DNA of 53,824 bases from Vitrella brassicaformis CCMP3155 (Eukaryota; Protista; Chromerida). The translations under genes were made by a program, and so were the position numbers. Of this stretch, positions 1 through 9,640 are shown piece by piece. The notes below the pieces were generated by a model that worked only from the letters and a program-made list of their open reading frames with translations, was not told the DNA's origin and did no database searches. Location of the stretch: positions 1 through 53,824 of the forward strand of contig CDMY01000546.1 in assembly GCA_001179505.1 (NCBI GenBank), written 5' to 3'. Each line of letters starts with the position of its first letter. The stretch's first letter is position 1.

Positions 1-1876
1 GGGCCTCGTGTGAGATGGTCAGGGTGAGGGAGCCGTCCGCTGCATACTCGAGTTTGTCACGGTCGCCGATGCAGAAACGGTTGATGGGGTTCTCGGACAG
101 ATAATCCGCCGCATCGTACAGCGTCAGGCTCCAAAAGGCCTATAGGTCACACAACACCGCACATACAGGGCGTACAGGCAGGCAGGCAGGCAGGCAAGAT
201 GGACAAGATGGACCTACCACACAGGCCTCCCTGCCCCACTCCCCCTCCCCACCTGCACTGGCGGTATGGTGCCGAGTGGGAAGTGCAGCTTGTAGGCCAC
301 CAGGGGGGCCTCGGCTCCGTCGACCAACGTCGACAGGGGGCGGCCCTCGCTGTCCGAACGAAGAATCGGATACACCGCATCTTCTCGAAGATTCGCACCA
401 AAACCTGACCGCACACGCGCAAGGGTGCCGATCGATCCAGTGCCGCCTATCCTGCGTTGGTGCCTTGCTGTGATACCCTCCCCCCTACCGTACCTAGCAG
501 CGCAATGAATGCCCTTGCGTGGTAGTCCTTTCCGTAGCTGCCGATGGGGTATGTGTCCTCGGCGTTGAACCAGCCGTTTGAGTGCTGCGGGGCCGGCCCA
601 GGCAGCATCGGGATCTTGCCCTTGGCGGCCGGGATGGCCCCCTCATCCAGCAGCTTCAACACATGGTCGGACGGCTTGAAGGCCTCACCGGCGACGATGC
701 CTGCACGCAGCAGTGGCGAGTGGGTTTTGATCTGATCGCCTGTGGGTGGTGTTTTCGCCATCTAACCGAGTTTCTTGAGGTCGGCTTCCATTTCTAAATC
801 CGGCGGGGATGGGGGATTGTCCTTCATCAGCCCTGCCAACGTGTCGAAGAATGTCGCTGCAGACATCTCAGCAACCTCCTGCACATACACACAGACACAC
901 ACACACACAGACACACAGGCCGCAATCCATCAGTCAATCCCCGACGCACAACCAACCATCAGTGTGTCCCTCTCTCCCCTTCCTTGTTTCTCACCGACTG
1001 ACTTACCTTCTTCGGTTCGCCTCCCTTGGATCCACCGGCAGCAGCATCGAGTCCCTCGCTGTCCACCTTGCCGCCCACATACGCCTCCCACTTGGTCATC
1101 CCGAACTGCCTCTGCATCGCATTGACCGCCGGTGCGTCGTCGGGGCCGTTGAGCCGCGCCCTGCCGACGAGCCACGCCATGTTGGTGGGGCAGTCGACGC
1201 GCGTGACGTTCTTGGGGGCGCCTGTGAGGGTGCCATTGAATGAGGGGCCGCAGAAGCCGAAGTGGCCCTCCTTGTTGCCGGTGGTGCGGGTGCCGATCGA
1301 CTCGAAGACGTTGCTCCAGGCGTCCTTCAGATGCAGACAGACGGCACATTGGAGAGATCCGGGTGCGTGTATGTGTTTCCCTGCCTCTCCCGCACATATA
1401 CACACATCTCCCTCACCATGCACTGCACGATGTAATATCTGCCGTTGCTGTCAGGCACCGACACCACCACAGGCTGCCCATCACTCAGGTCGAGGAAGGC
1501 CATCGAGTAGAGCGTGTCGCAGTTCGGCTTGACCACCTGGGCACACAGACAGACAGACACACAGACAGACAGACAGACAGACACACAGACAGACAGAGGA
1601 TATCATCACTGTCTGTCACGTGATCAGCATGAGATCTTGTGTACTTGGCGGAAGTTGTGATCAGGGGTTGCGAATCGATGATGGAACTTGTTGGGCCTTG
1701 TGGTCATCTTGTGTTTGGTGAGCTCCATCAACACGAGTGGGTACCTGAATGCACACGCGCTTGCTGTGTGGTGCACGCGGTGCCTCCCTGCCTGCCAGAT
1801 CTGTCGATGCCGCGTACCCAAAGATGTAGGCGTTCACGCCGAGGCGCACGATGTCAGTATCAGAGAGTTCGCTCAT
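1..1876 (-). CDS. DUF1254/DUF1214 domain protein (bacterial-type), multi-exon, 3' end runs off the window
   Basis: Spliced translation: MSELSDTDIVRLGVNAYIFG|YPLVLMELTKHKMTTRPNKFHH..RQ|VVKPNCDTLYSMAFLDLSDGQPVVVSVPDSNGRYY (DUF1254 PNxDTLYS motif), DAWSNVFESIGTRTTGNKEGHF, NGW..IGSYGKDYHARA, GANLREDAVYP and AFWSLTLYDAADYLSENPINRFCIGDRDKLEYAADGSLTLTISHE (DUF1214 FWSLTLY..N.I.R..GDR..DGS motif). GT-AG introns keep the frame at the junctions checked. Confidence 0.88.
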
Positions 1877-1923
1877 GGTGGTGCTGACGAACGAGGGGAG
1901 AACGCGCTCGGGTGGATCCCTCG

Positions 1924-1931
1924 AGCTCGCA
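1924..1931 (-). promoter_or_regulatory. TGCGAGCT motif in the divergent spacer DUF1254/DUF2237
   Basis: agctcgca on the + strand. The same motif recurs in all six head-to-head spacers. Confidence 0.5.
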
Positions 1932-2011
1932 AGCTGGCCGCGAAACCGCCGCGAAGGAGGAGGCCACAAGGAGCTACGGGCAAGCGATTCCATCCACCAA
2001 TCGCAGCAACG

Positions 2012-2833
2012 ATGGTGTCCAAGCTCCTCCTCTGGGCCTTCCTGGCGCTGGCATGCCTCCTGACGTTCACTGGCGCCGCCGACGTCGGGGTCAGTGAGCA
2101 CGGGCAGAACGGGCTGCGTGCCCACCACACGGGGGTCCACTCCATCAAACTCAACGAGCAGCTGAAGGTACGGGCGAGGGCTGAGGAAAGCCACTTGCAC
2201 TGGAGAAAGGCCTTTGTTGCTGATGCATGGTTGCCTTGCCGCTTCTGGTTTGCCTGCAGGCATGCCCTGGTGAGACCCGTAAGGACGGAAAGTGCAACAA
2301 AGACGATACCCACCGCGTAGGCGCAGAGCTGACGTGGCACGTGTGATGGGCGGGCCTGTGGCATGCGTGTTGGGTGCATTGCAGGTATGTGCGCACATCA
2401 AGGGCACCGACTTCTTCGAGAAATCCGGCCAGGGGAGCTGGAGCGATACAATCCCCGAGCCCGGCTACTGGTATGGTACACACACACACACACACACACA
2501 CATCCATCACCCAACCCACCACTCGCAGCACAGCGCAGCACAGCCAGTCGACTGATGTGATGTGTGTCCTGTCCGCCCACCCAGGTGCATCTGCATCGGG
2601 CGGCTCGAGAAGTACCTCGAGAACGGCGGCAACCAGATCGCCGTCGACTGCGGGGCCACCTCCTTCGACCGCGTCTGCCAGGCCACGTAAGCAGCCCTTC
2701 TCTTGTCTTTGAGCCACTTATCCGTATGTGGGTGTTGGTGTGTGTGTGTGTGTGTGTCAGTGACGAGGGCATGAACACCCCCAAGGCCAAGGCTTTCGTA
2801 CTGGAGAAATGCCCCGAGAAGAAATGCCCCTAG
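2012..2833 (+). CDS. Small secreted cysteine-rich protein, DUF2237-like
   Basis: Five exons join in frame: MVSKLLLWAFLALACLLTFTGAADV (signal peptide)...K|ACPGETRKDGKCNKDDTHR|VCAHIKGTDFFEKSGQGSWSDTIPEPGYW|CICIGRLEKYLENGGNQIAVDCGATSFDRVCQAT|DEGMNTPKAKAFVLEKCPEKKCP*. The pattern R.DG.C..H.VCA...F...G...PG..WC.C...AT recalls DUF2237 (by eye, no HMM run). Confidence 0.7.
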
Positions 2834-3309
2834 AAGGAGGAGAAGATGTAGCAGGCCGGCCGCCGGCTTCAGGGCCAGGCGCGGCACCTGTACAGACGAA
2901 CAGATAGCACAGCACGGCACACACTGACCGCAAAGAGAGAGAGTGTGTGTGTGTGTGTGTAGCCGAACCCAATAGCCAGCCGACCGACAAGGGCAATGAG
3001 TTTCTGAATGCATGGCCTGTGTTGATATGTGCCCGGTATCAATCATACCCAATATTGATCATACCCCCAGCTCTCACGGCAGAATTTGATGTTCCATCGT
3101 TCCATCCATCCATCCATCCGATTTGTCCATGCATCCTGCCACATACGCAACACACACACACACACACACACCCAAGAGCCCTCGGGCACCCCCCACACGA
3201 ATGCGATGTCATGTAATGTAGTGGATGTCGTGCTGAGAGAGAGAAAGGGAGATGGCAGACAAGGGAAGAAGGGACCTTTCGGTATACACACACTGGAAGG
3301 AGGAGGAAG

Positions 3310-3348
<39 letters not shown>

Positions 3349-3389
3349 AGTGGGAGAGAGAGAGAGAGAAGGGGGGGGGGGGGGGGGGG
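3310..3389. repeat. (GA)n microsatellite followed by a 19-nt poly-G run abutting an assembly gap
   Basis: Directly visible: agagagag... tract, then G19 at 3371-3389. Confidence 0.9.
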
Positions 3390-3689
3390 NNNNNNNNNNN
3401 NNNNNNNNNNNNNNNNNNNNNNNNNNNNNNNNNNNNNNNNNNNNNNNNNNNNNNNNNNNNNNNNNNNNNNNNNNNNNNNNNNNNNNNNNNNNNNNNNNNN
3501 NNNNNNNNNNNNNNNNNNNNNNNNNNNNNNNNNNNNNNNNNNNNNNNNNNNNNNNNNNNNNNNNNNNNNNNNNNNNNNNNNNNNNNNNNNNNNNNNNNNN
3601 NNNNNNNNNNNNNNNNNNNNNNNNNNNNNNNNNNNNNNNNNNNNNNNNNNNNNNNNNNNNNNNNNNNNNNNNNNNNNNNNNNNNNNNNN
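3390..3689. other. Assembly gap (300 N)
   Basis: Run of N. The round size suggests a placeholder length. Confidence 0.99.
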
Positions 3690-4319
3690 AGGCATGCACA
3701 GGTAGGTATCTAGACCAGCGCAGAAATACAAACATAGATACGTGTGGACGTCTTAACGCTAATAAGGCGATGAATGATACATGGTTCGCCAGCCGAGAAA
3801 CCGCCATCTTGCTGGCCCGCCGGCATTCATTGCATTGCGCGCCACTGCCCTGGTTTTGAGCAGACGAGCACTCTCGCTTCCTGACGTTCCAGCCGGCCAA
3901 TACAACGCTCTCTCTCTCTCTCTCTGTGTGTCAGTCAGTGCCATCGATGGACAAAAGGGATGGGCTGCCCATCTCGCAGTCAGTCAGTTTTCCACCTCAA
4001 TCAACGGTACACACAGATACAAATACAGGTATGTATGTTGTGTAGGTATGTGACGGCCAGGTAGGGTAGCCACTTCAGGACTGATCCATCCGCCCGCCCG
4101 CAGGGCCCCCGGGGTCCTACCAGCTCTCACCGATTCCATTCCCGCCAAGAATACACAGTGAGTGGTCCATCCACCCATCCATCTCTTTCTCCGCAACGGC
4201 CAGCACACAGGGATGGGTGGGTAGGCATATAGTGGTGCACACACATTGCCTGCCCGAACAGAACCCCGCTAGGCAGCACCGGCAGGTCAGATCAGTGGGG
4301 GTGATATGTATATGTGTAG

Positions 4320-4619
4320 NNNNNNNNNNNNNNNNNNNNNNNNNNNNNNNNNNNNNNNNNNNNNNNNNNNNNNNNNNNNNNNNNNNNNNNNNNNNNNNNN
4401 NNNNNNNNNNNNNNNNNNNNNNNNNNNNNNNNNNNNNNNNNNNNNNNNNNNNNNNNNNNNNNNNNNNNNNNNNNNNNNNNNNNNNNNNNNNNNNNNNNNN
4501 NNNNNNNNNNNNNNNNNNNNNNNNNNNNNNNNNNNNNNNNNNNNNNNNNNNNNNNNNNNNNNNNNNNNNNNNNNNNNNNNNNNNNNNNNNNNNNNNNNNN
4601 NNNNNNNNNNNNNNNNNNN
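4320..4619. other. Assembly gap (300 N)
   Basis: Run of N, followed by a G-rich sequence. Confidence 0.99.
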
Positions 4620-4663
4620 GGGGGAGGGGTGGGGCGATAGGCCGATGTCTCATCGGTAGGTCG

Positions 4664-5605
4664 TCACTGGTCGTCATCGTTGATCTTGGGCGCCAGGAAG
4701 TACTTGAGCGACCCCAGGTTGGCCTTCTTCTCCTGAACGAAAGGAAGGAAGTCAACACACCGAACAACACAACACCACATCCACACCTACTGAGATAGAG
4801 ACCACTGAGATAGATACTTCCAGCGTTGATCCACCCCTCCCTCCCTCCCTCCCTCCCTGCGTGTGTGTGTGCATGCCAGGTGGGGTGGGGTGGGGTGGGG
4901 TGGGTGAGTCATACGCACTTACGTCGAGGTTGAATTGCACGACGAGGGGCTGATCCAGGTGCAGGCCGAGCTTGACCTCCTCGTTCAGGGGCGACGACTT
5001 GGCGAAGTACTGCCCGCACACAACACACACAGAGACACACAGAGAGAGACACACACAGAGGCAGCAGAATCGACTTGCGTGGACTGATGTGATGTCTGTG
5101 AGTGGGATTTGGCTGCCTGGAGGTATTTGGCGGCGAACTCGAGACGGAGCTCATCCTTGACAATCACCTTAACAGGGTTTTTCTGCACACACACACGCAG
5201 GGAGAGACAGATCATCTCTCTGTATCTGTGAGTCGTGTGGGTCTTGTCTGTCGATCGACCTCAGCGTATGGGTTATGCTTGAATAACATGTTGCCATGGC
5301 CCACATTCCCCTCCACCGAGGTGACGCCAAAGGCCACCTTGCCCTTCTTGCAGTCAATCGACACCACACACACACACACATACATATACGCAGAGAGAGA
5401 GCGAGAGGTCCGCATGGTCACCCAAGACGTGTGGCTCAGTGTGGGTGTGTAGGTGTGTAGGTGTGTGGTTGTGGGTGCGCGCAGGTACCGTTGTCGCCCA
5501 TGCCTCCGAGGTCCTTGACGGTTGACGCGAACTCCTTGCTGGCCATGGTGATCTGGTGGAGGAACACACACACGGCCACACACACACACACACACATGTG
5601 CCCAT

Positions 5606-5638
<33 letters not shown>

Positions 5639-6498
5639 GACTCACATCAACCCAGCAGTGTGGGCTGACCTCAGCTTGGAAGTCGGTGTCGGGTATGCCC
5701 AGGTGCTCGGCATCGATCTCCATCAGGTTCATCTCAAACTCACTCACACGGTCCTCACCTTGACAGACATAAAACAGACAGAGAGACAGACAGACAGACA
5801 GAACGAACACCCATGTGGGTGGCTGGGGGGATGGATGGGTGTGTGTGTGTGTGTGGATGGGGCGGGGCGGGGCGGGGCGCACTCACTGACTCACCCGACT
5901 CGAACTTGAAGGTAAGTCTCTGGGGGTCGTCGTCGCAGCTGAGCGTCACGGTGTCGTCGTTGCCACACAGCTTGAGGATCTGCGTGACGCTCTTCATGTT
6001 GAGCCCCAGAGTCATCTGCTGCTGGTCGCACCGGAACACCGTGAAGCAGTCCACCGTCATGTCCAAACACACCATGCTCTTCACACACAGCACAGCACAG
6101 CACAGGCACGCTAAGCCGACCGATCAATCATTCTTTTGTCACCCACCCACCACGTGTGAGCTGTCCATGGCCTGCAGCTTGATGCCGTCAGTCGACACGT
6201 CGACGTTCACCTGCACACAGACAGACAGTCACTCCACTCGTGCAGCCCACCCCACATCACATGCAGCATCTGGCGCGTGTGCATGCAGCGCATACGTGGT
6301 CAGTGATGAGCTCCTGCAGCATTGCACACCACAACAGCAGCACATCCATATCACATCACACAGACACCGACGTGCACATGCCATGGGCGAGGCGCATGTG
6401 GTGCATGTGTTGTGCGAAGCTGCGTCGTGTCGGCTCACCTTGAGTCCATTGAAGATGTCCTTGAGTGTCTTCCCTCGAGGTAACACCGCCTCAAACAT
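4664..6498 (-). CDS. PCNA: Proliferating cell nuclear antigen (sliding clamp), divergent, about 11 exons
   Basis: MFEAVLPRGKTLKDIFNGLK|ELITDH|VNVDVSTDGIKLQAMDSSHV|SMVCLDM..CD..MTLGLNMKSVTQILK..|..RVSEFEMNLMEIDAEHLGIPDTDF..|ITMASKEFASTVKDLGGMGDN|VSIDCKKG..|..FAAKYLQ|YFAKSSPL..PLVVQF..|..LGSLKYFLAPKINDDDQ*. The hallmark QAMDSSHV, interdomain-loop EHLGIP and KYFLAPKI motifs are present. Confidence 0.97.
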
Positions 6499-6678
6499 GA
6501 TACCTACCCGATGCACACGCTGCGCTGCCAGTGGGTGGTGTGCTGCGAGCAAAGCGCAACGAAGATCAACGCTCGAGATGGCAGATCCGAACACTCGCCC
6601 GTCTGACGTGACGCGAGAAATGGGAAAACACCTATCAGACGGTCGCAGCGGTGGCATAGGACACACTGTGAAACAGGA

Positions 6679-6686
6679 TGCGAGCT
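6679..6686 (+). promoter_or_regulatory. TGCGAGCT motif in the divergent spacer PCNA/RBBP6
   Basis: tgcgagct seen directly. Confidence 0.5.
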
Positions 6687-6721
6687 AGTGGCAAAAGGAC
6701 AAGGGGCAGAGCATTGCGAGG

Positions 6722-9056
6722 ATGTCGTCCCAGCTGCGCTTCAAGTTCCGCAACGAGAAGCGGTTCAAAGCCATCAAGGTCGACCTGCCCGCCTATGTGT
6801 CGGAGCTGAAGCACAAGATAGCGCAGCTACTCAAGGTGGACCTCCACGCCTTCGAACTCACCCTATCGGACCCCTCCACAAACGCAGTCCTCGATGACCA
6901 GCACTCCGTCACCCCCGCGGCCAATGGCGTGGCCACTGTGCTCATCTCCCGTGCGCCAAGGACCGAGGCAACCGCTCCCAGCCAGCCTGCAGCCCCTCCC
7001 ACCCTCCCTGTCGCCACATCTGCCGGCCAACCAGCCGACAGCGACAAGGCGGCCGCATCCGCAGCTGACCAACCACAGGCACAATCACAAGTACAGCCAC
7101 AACCGCCGCAGGAGGGCAAGGGCGAAGAGGACAACAGCAAAGATGAGGGCGGCGAGTACATGTCCCCGAGCCACAAGGAGGAGGACGAGCGGCTGAACGC
7201 CGTCATCAAGCAGACCCAGGAGCAGCAGCGGGGCTCCTGGACGGCCATTACCAACTTCCACCAGTACCAGCGAAACGAAAACCTTAAGTGGGTCAGGGGA
7301 GCAGCCGCACACAGGGACCACCACGCACCCGCACCGGCCTCCCAGCCGTCATCCGTCCCTGGGAGACCAGGGGGTGGGAGAGGAGGTGGCGGTCCACTGC
7401 CCGCCTTCCGGCACTCTGGTCAGAGTGCGCCGCCACCCAACTACATCTGCCACAAGTGCGGCAAGCCCGGGCACTACATCCAGGACTGCCCCTCCAAAGG
7501 CGACAAGGACTCGTTCGGCAACAAACACCAACGGCGCATCCGGCCGGCCGCCGGCATCCCCCGGAGTCTCCTGCAGTCGGTGGACAAGGATGAGGTCGAC
7601 AAGACCGACCAGCAGAATCTGCTCGTGCTGCCCGACGGCTCGTTCGCCGTCATGAAGGCCGTCGACAAGACCAAGACCGCCCAGGTGCTCGGCAAGTCCA
7701 TCGAGCAGCGGTTCACCGAACAGCTGGGGGGCGGTGGGGGGGAGGTGCAGCAGAGCTACGGGTGCCCCCTATGTGGCCGGCTGCTCCGTGAGGCGGTCAT
7801 CGTGGGCTGCTGCGGCACGTCCTACTGCCACGCTTGTGTCCACCAGCACCTCTACGCCGGCGGCAAGACTTGTCCAGCCTGCGAGCAGCCCCTCACACAC
7901 GCCGACGTCATGGAGAACTTCGCTCTGCGCGAGCAGATCAAGAGCCTCGTGAGCAAGCAGAGCGCCCCGGCTGACGGTGTGGCGGGAGCGGCTGCCGCTG
8001 GTGGTGGTGTCAAGGAGGAGGGTGAGAGGAAAGGTGTTGTCAAGAAGGAGGAGGTGGGGGGTGTGCGCGTCAAGAGCGAACCTCCGGATGAGACGAGGAG
8101 CCAGCAGCCCGCCCCACCACCACCACCACCACAGCAGCCGCAGCAGGTAGGTATCTGGGATGGGTGTGTGGAACCACTGTGGGTACATGTGCTTCTTAAT
8201 CTGTGTGGTCGTTCAGAGCGCTGCCATGCCTCGCGCACCGTCACCGTCACCGTCACCGGTGCAGGATTCGCTCATTCCTCCCCCTCCCCCAGACGTCCGT
8301 GGTCCCTCGAGCGATCGTCTCGCACCCCCATCAGAGCAGCAGCCTCACCCGTCGCGGTCATCGTCACGCTCACGCTCGCAGCCCGTGCAGCCGCCGCCGC
8401 CGCCCCCTCCCCATCCCTCCTCATACCACAAGGCCCCCTCGCCCCATCACACACAGCCAAACGGCGTGCGATTCCACCCCTACATGCCATCCCCCCAGCA
8501 GCAGCACCAGGCGAACGGCCACGTGTCATCGTCGAGTGGGAGCGGTCCGCCGATGCACCAGCCGATGCACCACCATGCGGCCCCCCCGCCACCCTTTGAG
8601 GTGCCGATGTACCCCAACGGTCAGCCGTTGAGTCGGCAGGACTTCGCTGCCTACCAGCAGGAGATGATCGAGCTGATGCGGGCCCAACACGAAAGGAAGC
8701 GACGCAAGAAGAAGAAGCGAAGGCGGCGGGAGAAGAGGGACAAGGAGAGACAGAAGCGCAAGGAGGAGAGCGGCGACGCTGGTGGTGAGGGGGACGCAGA
8801 GGGTGGTGGAGGTGGTGAGGATGAGCAGTCCAAGGCCGCCGCCGAGAGCAGCTCTGAGAGTGAGTCGTCGAGCAGCGACTCCGACTCGTCAGCTGACGAG
8901 CAAAAGGCAGCGGGAGGTGCCACCAAGATGGCCATCTTGCCACCGCCCCCATACATCCCCCCTTCAGCATATCATGATGTCCCCTACCCTCCGCCCGGTC
9001 CCCCCGGCCCCCCTCCGCTCCCCTATCCGCCCTACGACAACAGGAGAAGATACTGA
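6722..9056 (+). CDS. RBBP6: RBBP6/Mpe1-like protein (DWNN ubiquitin-like domain, CCHC zinc knuckle, RING), 2 exons
   Basis: N-terminal QLRFKFRNEKRFKAIKVD..VSELKHKI (DWNN); PPPNYICHKCGKPGHYIQDCP (zinc knuckle); RIRPAAGIPRSLL; RING CPLCGRLLREAVIVGCCGTSYCHACV..CPAC. One intron at about 8147-8217, then a Pro-rich and basic RKRRKKKKRRRR tail. Confidence 0.92.
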
Positions 9057-9640
9057 CTGACGCACGCACGAGCCGCTGTGTGTCTAGCTGAAGACGACAC
9101 GACCTGCTGGCTGCTTGGTTAGTAGATTGGTTAAAGTGAGAGATGAGAGACAGTCAGACAGACAGATGATTGGGTCGTTCGTTCCATTGTCAATGATATG
9201 CGGCCTCGTGGCACATCCATCACTCAGGCGGTCTGTGTGTCGGATTGACAGAAGGGGTGTAGCCAGTCGGCCAGCCATTGGGTGGGAGATTGTGCTTGTG
9301 ATTGATGCGTCGAGACCTGCTCACATGTATATCCTCTATCAACATTGTTGATGACGGTGGCGCAACACCTACCTACAGACACAGACTGTCTTTGGCGGCA
9401 AGTGCACCACAATCATTCCAATGGACGGACGTCTCGGCTGTGCGTGGTGTGCTTTGTTTGAAGAGACGTCTCTCTCGGTGAGTGTCCGTGTGGTGGTGCG
9501 TGGGTCTCTTTACTGCGTGGCGTGATGCATGAGTGAGTTGACTTTAATCATCTTTTTGGTATATATTAATGAGATCTGGTGTCTGTCAACTACACCGACA
9601 TTGAACACAGATCAGCCACACCATAAAACTCTGCTCTCAA

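Noticed and set aside
3039-4798. ORFs containing long X runs
   Set aside because: Artefacts of translating through N gaps.
6600-6630. E2F/MCB/CRE-like words (tgacgtgacgcgagaaatgggaaaa) upstream of PCNA
   Set aside because: Only partial matches to the TTTSSCGC and ACGCGT consensus; short and expected by chance in GC-rich DNA.
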